Assembly: GCF_000150275.1 (NCBI RefSeq)
Contig: NW_002060946.1
Location: 4,545,454-4,609,453, forward strand
Source: Trichoplax adhaerens
Taxonomy: Eukaryota; Animalia; Placozoa
Direction: 5' to 3'
Length of the DNA: 64,000 bases
The notes below the pieces were generated by a model. That model searched no databases. It was not told the origin of the DNA and saw nothing but the letters and a program-made list of their open reading frames with translations. Below are positions 43,501 through 56,900 of this stretch, one piece after another. How positions within the stretch are numbered: position 1 is the stretch's first letter; each line of letters starts with the position of its first letter. A program made the translations under genes and the position numbers.

Positions 43501-45939
43501 AAATATGTAATTTTCACGATTTTAAACCTTTTTGTAAATGGAAATTAATTTGTTTTTAATCTAAATTTAACAAGATACAAATGCACCATGCTAAAACATT
43601 AGCAATGAAACAAGTCTATGAAGATCAATTGAATGCACTTCAAAGTGAGATGGATGAAGAAATAGAACAAGTCAAGGAAGATAATAGGCAATTGACTTTA
43701 CAGAAACAAGATCTCACTGTTGCTATCTACAATACTCAGCAAAAGTACTCGATCATCAATGAGGATTATAAGACATTAAAAATAGAATTTTCTCAATATC
43801 AACAATTTTTACAGGCCGAATACGCCAACATGCAACATAAGGTAATTAGTTTTCCATCAATTCTTGTTCAAACAATATTTTATATATTTATCCTTAGTTT
43901 GCTCTCTAAGTATTCCGTTTTATAATGATATGCAATCACCTAACTATACCGCATTGAATTGAATTTGCGATATATCAGATTATGGACTCGATTAAAGAAG
44001 CTGCCGATGTTAATGTCGAGCTACTACATCGCTATCAAAAAGAAATGAGATTAAGGAAGAAATACCATAATGAATTAGTTGAATTAAAGGGTAATATTCG
44101 TGTTATGTGTCGTATTCGACCCGCAATTGACCAAGATGGTCCTGAACCCGAAAACATTATCAGCTTTGACAAAACTGATGATAGTATAATCAATGTCGCC
44201 TACCGTGGTAGTAAGAAAATATTTGAACTAGATCATATCTTCAAACCAAATGCAACTCAAGTTGAGGTAAGCCAAGATATAAAAAACGTAGAGCAAGAAG
44301 CGATCAATGACAATTTTTATAAGTTCCTATAATTTGTCCTGTTATATGAATATCTTGAAACAAAATATCTATATTAATTAGAAGAATTACTTATACCTTT
44401 ACTAACTAATCATCTTTCTATAAATAACTTTCTTTATGTATTAGGTATTCCATGAGGTTGGCAATCTTATTACGTCTTGCGTAGATGGCTTTAATGTGTG
44501 TATATTCGCCTACGGCCAAACTGGAAGTGGTAAAACCTATACAATGGAGGTAAAACTGTTAATTAAACAAATACTTACGTTTTAAAGAACAGTATCTTAG
44601 AAAATCAATCATAATTCTGTATGTCATGATGTAATTATTCTAGGGTCCACCTGATGATCATGGAATCTATCAACGTTCTCTATTAAAAATATTTCATGAA
44701 ATTGAAGAGCGAAAACCACATTGGAACTATCAAGTCTTTGTTTCACTAACACAAATCTATAATGAATCATTACATGATTTACTTGGCAAAGATCCGATGG
44801 CAAAATTAGACATAAAGCAAAAAAAGGATGGTAGTGGTCTTTACGTTCCCAACCTTAACATTGTTGAAGTTAAATGTGTAAAAGATGTTAATAATGTATG
44901 TAAAACAATAATTACACCTGTTCTCTTCCAAAGTCAACTTAGTGTATTCCTTTTGCATTATCGCTACTTATTAAATAGCGTCAATTAAATATCAAGCTTG
45001 TAAACTGTTTCGGTTTTAAATACGAATTAATATCCTTATTCACTAGATACTTGAAGAAGGAGGCCGTAATAGGACAACAGCGGCTACCCAAGCTAACGTA
45101 GTATCTTCACGTAGCCACGCACTTTTATGCGTAGAAGTTATTGGTACCAATGCTAATAATACTGCAACTTCACAAGGTTAATTCTAAGGATAAATCTATA
45201 ACTGTGTTATGAAAAAGGGCAGTAGTTTATGATATTAATTTTATTTAAAAATTTTATAGGCAAACTAAATCTTATAGATCTTGCTGGAAGTGAAAGAGTA
45301 TCAAAAAGCGGTGCTGATGGAGAACGTTTGAAAGAGGCACAATATATTAACAAGTCATTATCGGCTTTAGGAGACGTAATTCATGCTCTTAGAAACAAAA
45401 TAGCTCACATTCCATTTAGAAATTCGAAATTGACCTATTTGTTGAAAGATTCATTAAGTAAGTATAGTAGTGAAATTTAACCATTTCAATTATTAATTTT
45501 TGTTTATTGATTAATTAATGTTAATTTACTACATTTTTCTACAAAATGTCTGAATTGAATAACGCCATTAATTCTCACATTTTTGATACTAATAGGTGGT
45601 AATAGTAAAACATTAATGATGGTACAAGCGTCTCCAGCAGAGAAAAATGCAAGTGAAACAATGTGTTCTTTAAGTTTTGCACAAAGATTAAGAACGATTG
45701 CATTAGGAGCTGCACAAAAAAAGACAGAATCGATAGTAGACGTAAGTATTAAACAAAATAAAAATGCTTATTATAGGTGAATCCACTTGCTTGTTAAATA
45801 TGTACCTGTATATGGATTTTTTAGTTTTTTTGCGGATATAAAACTTTCTATGTATCAAAGTTTTTGGATCTAATCTTATTAATTAATAAATTAGACATCC
45901 AATGGAAAAAAGGCAAAGAAAAAGTCAGCTAATCAGTAA
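34560..45939 (+). CDS. KIFC3: C-terminal-motor kinesin-14, KIFC3/KIFC2-like, ~17 exons; 5' end uncertain (secure from 40692, likely from 39837)
   Basis: Long coiled coil; neck [27 protein letters not shown]; P-loop [13 protein letters not shown]; switch I NVVSSRSH; switch II DLAGSE; [17 protein letters not shown]; stop TAA 45937-45939. A tentative first coding exon ATG TCG AAC GAT|GTAAGT (34560-34571) is in phase with exon 39837-39972. Confidence 0.85.
36078..36818. other. Assembly gap (741 N)
   Basis: Run of N. Confidence 1.
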
Positions 45940-46985
45940 TATTTACAAGTATCTCAACACTAACGGTGGATGGAAATAGATCTATTCCATGCTATCTCTT
46001 AAACCTATATCAATAAGTTGATGTTAAATATATACCATACGCTAATTATTTTATCTACAGTACATCTACAGTTTGATATATTATAATTATTAATGCATGA
46101 CGCGAATATGAAATTAACTTATGCGAAAAGAAAATCTTTACAAATTACCATGTCGGATTAATCACTGTATTAATACAGTTAATAATCTTTGTTTAATTTT
46201 ATGAATTCAATTGAATAATAACATAGATAAAAGTTTTTTATGTCTCTCTCTATATATATCTATATGTATAAATGATGAACAAGCCAAGTGATTATATTAA
46301 AGATTCAAATATTGCATTAATTTTTACCTAATTGAAAAATCAGTGTTATAAACGTATTATTACACTTTATAATCGCATAATCTTTTTCTATTATTATGCT
46401 GTGGTGTCAATGAGTTAAGCGGCTATTGCAAATAATATATTAGGGTCTCATTGGGCATTATTATAATTTTATTCAGTATTTTTACTACCTAGGCCTAGGT
46501 TATAATTTTAGGAAGATACCTTAAGCTGCGATGATAACATCGGTTTCATCTATTTTACGACTATGCTATAGCTCTTTTTTGATGTGTTCATCAAACTATA
46601 TTTAGCGATAATTATTTATACGAATGAAAATAATATTATCTGCTATGCAGTACGTATTTATTCTTCTGCATTTATCAGATATCCGATTTAGCTAGTAATG
46701 CTTTATAGCAATAAACTGGTTATAAGTGTTGATATAAATGTGATCATACGTGTATTTGCTACTTAAAATAGATAATACTATATTTTGTAGGCATTTTTAC
46801 GTATTCCCGGATCTACCAGTGTATACTTAATTTTATGTATATAATTGATTAATCTTGCTGAATTTGATTGGTTCGTTTTGTTTACGACTAACATTATCAA
46901 ACAAGATCATTTTCGTCCAATTTCGTTGATTAGTCTTGCTGTATCGATATATATTAGCAAAGCGTAGGCAAAACAAAATTTTAGT

Positions 46986-47098
46986 TGAGTTCACCTCGGC
47001 TATTATGCATAATAACCGGCTAAAGCCCGAAATTTGAATACTTTTGCCTTCAATTCGGGCTTCGCCGGCTATAATGCATATTAGCCGAGGTGAACTCA
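46986..47098. mobile_element. 113-bp GC-rich foldback (MITE-like palindromic element or hairpin RNA)
   Basis: Left arm TGAGTTCACCTCGGCTATTATGCATAATAACCGGCTAAAGCCCGAA pairs with right arm TTCGGGCTTCGCCGGCTATAATGCATATTAGCCGAGGTGAACTCA (17-bp perfect termini, ~50-bp arms). No clear target-site duplication. The hairpin is certain; the mobile-element interpretation is inferred. Confidence 0.55.
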
Positions 47099-47923
47099 TG
47101 TAACATATATACAGTATGTGTATAGCTATCTGTTTATAATGATGTTTACCTATACGCAAGTAAGTCATTAAGTTTGATACAAAGCAAATGGCTATACTAC
47201 TAGATATCAGGTAGTCCATGGTATAATACCCTTCTCATAAGGAAAGATTTTGGATTATGCCTTAGGAAGAGGCACCGATCGCGTTTATTCAGATAGATCT
47301 AATGCTAATTTTGCTTCCCAAGCAATCGAGAGTATAGGCACTCTAACGTGGCCTCAAACATTACTAAAAACACTAAGTTGAAAATCCTAAGCTTCAATTC
47401 ACTATACAATATCGTTAGTATTGTATACTGTATTCAATGTGGATCCTGGAGTGTGACCACCCCCACCAGCTAGACCCTAGACAATCTAGATACTCAAACA
47501 GGGTCTACGATACTAAGAAATTGACCAAAGTGAATTTCCTATGGCTCAGTTCTTTTTTTTACAAACTGACATGGGCATTTTGTTCATACTGTCTACTATA
47601 TACAGTGTATAGTTCAGTATGCCAAGGCGTAATCAGTCATGCTGGTCGACTTGAAGCACATTTCGCTTTCTATTGCTTTAGTGCTGATACAGTAGTTTAC
47701 AGCTGATACTTTTAAAGTATTCGCCAGGCGATACATTGATCTCTACTGAAGGTGTTGCTTGACCCACTTAACCCCCCCCCTTCCACCTGTTGCTAGCTCA
47801 CCATCGTGCAACCTACGAAGAATCTTGCAATCATTGCAACTTAATTGCAATTTTATTCATTTCTGTATAAAGAAAATTACCTGTTAAAGTGAATAGTAGG
47901 AAAGGTTAACCATCGTTGGCAAG

Positions 47924-49552
47924 ATGGCGGTAGCATTGAATAGCAAGTTACGCTTTTGCAGCTTCTTAATACGTGCATTACCAATCAGGCGAAATGACTT
48001 TGTCAATCGACAGATCAATTTCAATCAGAGCTACTACCCGATGCAGCAATGGCTTCGATATTATGCTAAGAAAAGTAAGTACTAGCTGGATGTTAGTGAC
48101 AATGGTTAGTCTTATTAAATTACCGAGATATAGACACATCTTAGATGGTAGCTGGCTGTATCTCATAATGTGTGTCATATGCTGTAATATCTGCCCAAGG
48201 TGCAAGGCATTTCATTGCTCTGCACATGCATAGTAGAAAATAATGCCTACGATACAGTACTGTACGATAAAAAACAGTCATTCCCTAACTTCATTTTCAC
48301 AGTGATGTTAGATATTGTTTACCCCGTGTATGATAGAACGATAATGCAATTAAGTTACCTAGATATCAGCTAATATAAATCTCACCTTCCCTTAACTTTC
48401 TTTCTGATAAAGGCAAGAAACAAGAAAAGAAACTATCTCAACTTGCATTCGATGACGATATGATCAGTTTTAGTGAAATGAAGATAAAGCTAGAAGGGAT
48501 AGTAGATGGCCTGGCGCGAGAATACAGTAATATCCTTGTATCTAGAATCACTCCAGGTTTGTTTTTAGACGAAGTTATGAAAATGTTGTATGATTGCACC
48601 ATTTTAATCTTTGTGATAGCGGTTGCTATTTCTTGCGAATTTCTTTCCAACTTAAAGCACTAATTGGATGAATGCTAATGTATGTCGATAGAAAATTTAA
48701 ATCGTATATCAGTCCAAACTAATGATGGTAAAGTGCCACTAAAACAGTTAGGTCAAGTAACTTCAACGTCTCCCCAGCTCTTACATATATCATTAGCAGC
48801 TTTCCCTGAGGTACACATATCTGTACTTGTAAAATAGTTTCAATTTCCAGATAAACTTTACATAATCATACCTATCCACTGCTAATTGCTAATCAATACT
48901 TTGTAAAGTTACAATGATTTCTCCTTCTACACTTATATCATTATATCAATCATTTGATTTAGGTCGTGAATAATGCTGCTATCGCAATTAGGAACGCCGG
49001 TCTTAATTTGAATCCAATTGTAGATGGACCGTCCTTAAAAGTTCCAATACCAAAGTAAGTTATGTGAATGTATATCAAATAAACAATCCATATTCATATT
49101 TAATTTAGTATTGTGAAATGATAACAATCATCAAGCGATGGTAATATTATTAATCAAGTATTTATATATATAACTGAGCAAATACCCATACTTTATTTCA
49201 GAATGACAAAAGAACAAAGAGAAAAGATTGTAAAAACTGCCAAATCTAGCTGCGATAAAGCTAAAGTCAACATTAGACGGGTTAGGCAAAACTATATGAA
49301 CGATTTAAAGAAACTGAAAGGGGTTTCCGAGGATGATGTTTATGATACAAAGGATAAGGTAATGATAGATATACTGTATTGCTTTCGAATCTATTTATAA
49401 TTTCAGAAGGGAAAGATAGTTGAATAAAGCGCATGCAGTATTGTTTATACGTATATATGTTATTATTTCAGATTCAGGCCATGACTGATAACTACTCTAA
49501 TAAATTGGATAGTCTCTTTACGACAAAGAGTGATGATGTACTAAGGAAGTAG
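47924..49552 (+). CDS. MRRF: Mitochondrial ribosome recycling factor, 6 exons
   Basis: Arg-rich presequence ending LRYYAKK; VPLKQLGQV, AIRNAGLNLNPIVDGPSLKVPIPKMTKEQREKIVK, KAKVNIRRVRQ, VSEDD; stop TAG 49550-49552. Confidence 0.93.
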
Positions 49553-50942
49553 GAAATTTCCTGTGTTCACTTGCTATTTCATCTGGTGACGATTGATTTG
49601 TAAAATTAAATTGAAGCTGCAGTTATTTCAAGCTGGATCGCATTCAATATATGACGGATTACGCTTAGATACACTATTTTTAATTGAGCTTGCAATTTAG
49701 CCATTGCAACTTATCATGTACAGTACTATCTTGACAATTTAGCCATACTATAGATTTATTTTCTTTAGAGTATAACTGTGCTATTGTTAACTAATCCTGA
49801 ATGCTACCATGCAATCTCTATTGTTCGTTTTCAGTTAGCTAGCACTTTCAATTTCAAACATTTTTATTTATTAGGTATATGTCTTTTTTTCTCTCTCTCT
49901 ATATATATGCCGGAATATGTATGTCTGTTAAAAAAAGCAGCTGGAAATAATGTTGCACATACATATTAAGATCTAAGTCACAACTTACCACTATTTTAAC
50001 AATGCCAATCCTACATTGTTTATGACAACTAAGGAATTTTAGCGAAGGTTTTAAGCACACTATCGTAGCTGACATATCACCTAAGCACTACTCATATGCT
50101 TCGTAGTTATTATACAACGTAATATGCCTTAACAATACCATGTAAATCAATAATAATTATTATCATAGCATAGTGTATTCTGTACATGTATTATATGATA
50201 TAATGCATAAAATAGAGGTACGACAAAAGCAGCAAATATTCAATACAAGATATACTTTTTGCAGTCATACTGAAGGCAATAAATAAGTTAAAATTAAACT
50301 GGAAAAAAAATAACAAATAGCAAAATGAAGTGGAAACACAGATTTAAATGCAAACTCTGCTACTATACAAATATTATGTAGTATCATATACAAATATATT
50401 TCACATTTGAATGATTATTATTTAATAAATTTTTAAGCAGAATAAGTTGCTAATATTCTTATCTGCGTCCGAAAAAAAGCGCTAATAACATTTACGACCT
50501 ATTACATCAGATGGTAAAATTTTTTCCTAAAATTTTAGAGCGCCTATAGTTGTAGGCATGAATGTTAGTGAACTTCTATATACCAGGGCTAAATGAAATT
50601 AATGATTGACACCTGCCAATTGCATTTGGCCTTTACTCTCACAAGTTTACTTTTAAAAATAGGAAAAAAAATCACGCGTTTATTCTATGCTATTTACTTG
50701 CTTTATAAGGGCCAAGGATTATCAATTTTGAAAAGCATTTCTCTACCTCTATATTAATGTCTATTATATTATTGCATATTCTATATCTACATTTATCATC
50801 TACAGTCTATGACTTCTATCTATTAACTACATTATTGCTACCCAATTTTCTTGTAGTAAACGAGATAAATACCAGAGTAAGAATAATAACTGCTACATAT
50901 GTTGATGTATACTATTCAATTTGATTGACCATGTGCATTGGA

Positions 50943-53900
50943 TTATACATTTTCACTCTTACTAGGTATATCTTCGACAGATGGTGTATTATAAATATCC
51001 GCTAGATGTTTAAATCGTGGTCCCCATACATTCAAATAACTAAATGATGCTTGATCATCTTCCATAACTTCATCATCTTCAATCACTTCTAGCGAGCTCA
51101 ATGATCCAGCAGGGGTACTTTTACCTTCATCAGCATAGTATTTGACAGAATCATCTCGCACGTATCGTTTCATTAATTCATCTGGATCGATCGATTTCGA
51201 TGAAGGCAAACCATTCTTAATTACAACACTTCCATTGGACATTTGTCGTAGATTATAAGAATAAGATCTTTTAGATGAATTACTGGGTGATAATGGTATC
51301 TTAACCGGTAAAGAACTTATTGAATCAGGTAATGGATTCTTTAATATATTAAGATCGTAATTATCGACATCATCTTCGCCACCACCTTCGATTCGATAGG
51401 TTGCAATATTAGCACTGCCTTTTTTGGCATACTCTAATTTTTCACGAATTTTTCGCTTATTACGCGATTGTATAATAAGACAAATTATAAGAATGCATAA
51501 AAATGCTAATATAGCACCACCACCAATTCCTGAATAAGTGAGAATTTCTTGCATTTGAACAGCTGGACCACCAAATTGACATTCTGGGCCAAAGTGACCA
51601 TGATGACATGAGCATTGAAATTGACTATTAGCTATATTACAAGTGCCATTATTTTGACAAGGATTTCTCGTTCGACAAATATCAATACACCTATGAGCAT
51701 CCCATAAATCATCGCAATACAAATTTGATGGACACACGGATTTACGAATGCAGCCCATTGAACGACATCCAAGATAGATACTATCAACGAAATCTTGAGT
51801 AACTCCACTAACTGATTGATTGGCTAAAATTGTTCTTCCGTTATAACGAAAATCATCGACGCAACCCATGAAATTTTCTGATGAATTAGTCCTTATATTA
51901 AATCTTTCAGGAACACCACCAAAGTATAACTGATACCTTTCACTACCGGAAATAATTAATAATTGATCTTGGCTTGCATCGGATAGTTGAAAGTACTTGA
52001 TTTTATTATTAACTTTTAACGATGCAACGTTGCCAATACGTTCAGCCGTAATTAGACACCAGGTACCCTGATCGCATGCTACATCAATAGTTGTACTTTG
52101 AGCAGGATAGCTTGGTAATTGGACGATATATCTAATACTTCCATTGACCATCTGTGATATTAGGAAGATGCATGAAATGTTAAAGATAGTTATTGATATA
52201 GTTAGTACATAATGTTCCGTAATTACCAAAAAATCAAGGCAAATATCTAGTTTTTAAGTCAAGATTCAGTTTTACTTAATGAGTTTATAATTTACCTGAA
52301 TCATTTCCAAACTATTTGAGCTACCGGTATCGACGAAAAGTAGCAAAGAATTAGAACGATCTCGGGTTATAACTTTAAACTCGAATTTACTGTAAGTAAC
52401 GGTCCATAATTGGCTGATATCATAGCGTATATAGCCTCGAGTATTATTAGGAATACGAGCCGAAACAGTTTCTGAAAAGTTAAAAGAAAATAATATTGCC
52501 TCTAGTTAATCATTTCATCGAGCTTTGCTAGCTGATTGTGCAATTTGCGCTTACGTTTTAGAAAGAAATTAATAACCATCATGCATCGATTTATTTTATA
52601 TATAGAACGCATCTGACATTACCACATAGAATAGATATCAAAAGGAATTTAATGTATAACTTACTTATTTGACAGCTGTCGCCACTATACCCTAGATTAC
52701 ATTCGCAAATACTTCTCGACCAGGATCGGACACATTTGCCATTATTATTGCAACTACTCGAACATTCGGTAGTCGAAGAGCAATAACGGCTTGTACGTGA
52801 TTCTCTTAACGGGTTGTCCAAATCTTGTAATTCTCCATTAACTTTAAAATTTCGAATACAACCTTGATATGACGGTACACGCAGATTTTTATTTTGGACA
52901 ATGTAAGCATCAATATAAAGTCCACCAAGTTGTACAGGTGCATTTCCTGCGATATATCTATAAATGAAAGAACTTTTTGATTAAAAATCTCTCTAGCTAA
53001 AGTTATCCTAAAAGTTATACGATTACATTATTTCGATGAAGTTTAAATGATTCTACAACACTGTTAGTGTATCTTTATATAGATGGCGTAAATTTTGTTA
53101 AATCAGATCATTATATTAAATTATTTCAAATTTATTATTCATGATGAATACCTAGCTGCCACTGGTAGAATTCTACTCGCTGAACATTTACTTCGATCTT
53201 GAGCTAACGTCCCATTAACATCAATCAGTGGTGCTTTTAAGCAATCATCGACGATAACACTGAGAATCTGCAATTACAATTTTATAATTATGTAAATTGA
53301 TTAAATAACAAAATCTATTTCAAAGCAGATATGGAACTATACATGTATTCTAACTGATCGTAGGAATATTGAATCTAATTTGCGGTGTCATAATTATCGT
53401 GATCGGTTTCGAACAAATACAAAACAATATCCTATACTATTTGTATGAATACCTTGCCATCATATTGAAATTTAACTTTATGCCAACGACCGTCATTTAA
53501 GTTACCATTCGCTACAACTAAGGTGCCTGATGCAGCAGAATTGCTTGATGTTGAAACGGAAAAGATCACTTCAATTCTTCCACCAATTAATTCAATAGCG
53601 AGGAAATTACCATTACTACCAGAGACTGGACCAGTATATAATAATAAACCTTCACTATTGGTCGTTGTAAATTCCATTTCAAGCGTTAATTGATTACACT
53701 TCGGTAATGAGCGTAGCCAGAAATAAGAATTGCCTTGGAAACTACGTGTTCTCCATTGACAATATTGGCCATCATAACCTGGCAGACATTGGCATATTGC
53801 ACCTGCTGTCTGACTTTGTTGGCATTTGCCATTATGAAGGCATGGTAAATGATTCGCTTGGCAATTTTGTAGGACTGGTATAAAATTACATTGATAGCAA

Positions 53901-56900
53901 ACTGGTTTAACGACAACGTCAACACCAGTAAATGATTTACTACCAGGACTAACAAAATTAATTGAATTATTAGTAGTAACATTAGTCCTACAACCACTTA
54001 AGCAATTATTGGTTTGGCAGGCATCGACACCAATTTGATTAATGTATAAACCAGTTTGTTCTTCTAGTGAAGCTTTCTGCATCATTAAACGACTTTCAAT
54101 AACATCTTTAGCATAATATGGACTGCCATGAGCTGCAAACATGATATCGATAGCTTGAGCAGTGGATTGTGATGGATTAGCTGCTTGTACATTAATAATA
54201 TCCACAATAATTGGTGTAGTAGTCCGTAAGATATTTGCAACAGCTTTACGGAATGATTCGTAATAATAAGATACAAAATCGTTAGGATTAATACCAGCAG
54301 CTTGGATCGATGCAATATTGATTAATGCATCTGTTGAACGTGATTCTGATTTAATAACTACGCTGGAGGTAACATCAGCAAATTTACCATCACTAACACG
54401 AACTGACAAACGGAATTCTTTATTCATAGGTAGACCAGGTCGACAGTAAATCATGCCATTTGTTCGATTGATTGAAAACCATCTTTCTTCATTCCCACTA
54501 ATAATGGAATAATTCTTTTGATTACGGTCGTCATCAGGGTCAGGACTATAGACGTAGCCAACATTGCCACCATTAAATTTATCATTATAGCCTACAATAT
54601 CGATATTGACAATACCAGTACGATGTTGATTATCATTTTCATCCATAACCGTAACTAAAACTTGTGTTACTGCACTCATCGGTGGTATACCACTATCGGT
54701 TGCTCGAACCGTTAATCGATATTGGCTCTTTTTCTCACGATCAAATAATCGATCGATAGTTTGTAAGACCCCAGTGCGAGAATCTAAGGTAAAATGACGT
54801 GTATCATTATCCGATCCAAGCAAGGTAAAGGTAAATGGTGCACCATTATTAGCAGAATCAGGATCGATTGCTTTTAATTGGGTCACATTTTGTGTTTTTT
54901 TCCTATTTTCCATAATTTTACCATGATAACGTAAAGGTATAAAAACTGGCCCATTATCATTAACATCGTCTAAGTAGACATAAACTGGTATTTCACTATA
55001 TAGCGGTGGTTGTCCACGATCTGTTGCTCGGACAGTTAAGGTATAGTAATGATCAGGGATTAATTTACTTTCACGATCGAGTGGCAACCTAACAGTAATA
55101 ACACCCGTTAATGGATCGATTGCAAAGGATTGAATTGGATCGCCAGCAACGATAGAATAGAAGAGTTCCCCATTACGACCTTGCTCTGGATCGCTTGCAA
55201 TAACTTGAGTCACAAATAAACCAGGTCGAGCTGCTTCACTAATGGTAATATTTTGACTGGTTGGATTAGTAAATCGTGGTGGTATATCATTAAAATCGCC
55301 AATATAGATTTCAATATAAGCAGTGTCTTTCAACGTTGGTACACCACGATCTTGGACCATAACCGTTAAATTATAAAATTGCTTGGATTCATAATCTAAT
55401 TTATTCTCACTGACGGTTAGCAAACCACTTTCAGCATCGACAGCAAATTGAACTGGTGTATTACCTGAGATGATAGAATAAAGTAGAGCTCCATTAGAGC
55501 CAATATCATTATCGCTTGCCTCTAAACGTAGTATTGGAAATCCTAATGGTGCATGTTCTGATATATTGGCTGAAAACATAGAAGTTTTAAAATGGGGTGA
55601 GTGATCATTCGAATCGGTGACTTGGATTAATACGTTAACTTGTCCTGATAATGGTGGTTGGCCACGATCTGTAGCCCTTACGATAACTGTATAATTGGCC
55701 ACTGCTTCACGATCAAGTTGGCGTTGTGTCTTAATCATACCATTATCAGCATCGATAGTAAAAGTACCATCAGCATCATCGACTAAGCTATAAATAAATC
55801 GTGAATTATTGCCAATATCATTATCAAGTGCAGTAACTGGTCGTACATTAACGGGTGGAGGAGCATTTTCTAGTGCATAACCAATATAAGGTTGATCAGG
55901 GAAATAAGGTCTTTCATCGTTAACATCATCGAGATAAACTCGACAATCAGCAAAACTAGATAATTGTGGTTCGCCATTATCGGTAGCAACACAACTAAAT
56001 TCGTAGACATCTTTGGTTTCACGATCCAATCGTGCATTAGTTTTAACTACACCAGTTTGCTCGACAATAAATAATGGTGGATCGACATCGGTAATACCTT
56101 GACCTCTTAAGCTATAAGTTAAGAGATTACCAACTGTTTTATCGGGATCTGTTGCGTAAATGTTGAATAACGTTGTACCTATTGGTGTATCCTCTTTTAT
56201 TCGTGCTGTGTAGCTAAATTTAGTAAATTGTGGACGGTTATCATTGACATCCGTAACGCTAATATTAACAATCGTTGTACCATAGAAGCGTCCATCGAAT
56301 GCTTGCAATGTTAACGAATAACTTGTTTCTTTTTCGTAATTTAAATATTTCTCAACAGTAATACGACCGTTATTATCCACAGCAAAGCGGCTGTCATGAT
56401 TTCCTTTAATAAAGAAATAGGATAATTTCGTATTCTCACTGGAATCTTCATCGGTAGCAGTAACAGTGGTGACAACATAGCCAGTTTCCACATTTTCAGC
56501 TACCGTTGCCGTATAATATTGCTCTGCAAATCGAGGTGGTGAATCATTGACATCTAATATTTGGACACGAACAGAGGAAGTTGAAGATTGCGGTGGTTTT
56601 CCATTATCCGTTGCTTTGACGATGACAGTATAATATCGTAAAGAACTTTCACGATCGAAAACTACTGCAGTTCGAATTTGTCCAGTACGCGCATTAATTA
56701 AAAATTTACCTCGTGATGCAGGTATATCTTCAACAAGTGAATAAATAATTAATGTACTACTATTACCATCACGATCGATCGCTTTAATTTGATTGCCTTC
56801 TAACGGAGTACCAACAGGTGTATTTTCGCGTACATATTGAGAATATAAGGCCAATGTAAATCGTGGTGGATTATCATTAACATCGATAATTTGAATAATC

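Noticed and set aside
43982-45939. Calling the kinesin KIFC1/HSET, which would strengthen an MHC-synteny story
   Set aside because: The neck and motor sequence ([34 protein letters not shown]) and the long acidic coiled coil look more like KIFC3; a phylogeny is needed.
46487-46500. Perfect 14-bp palindrome ACCTAGGCCTAGGT
   Set aside because: Isolated and short; a few such palindromes are expected by chance in 64 kb.
46833-47219. 128-aa ORF with an internal repeat (LICIIAG/LLCIIAE)
   Set aside because: The repeat is a by-product of the palindromic element; no recognisable domain.
48075-48412. U12-like branch sequence TTCCCTTAAC near the 3' end of MRRF intron 1
   Set aside because: The donor is canonical U2 (GTAAGT) and no RTATCCT donor is nearby; a U12-to-U2 relic cannot be supported without orthologs.
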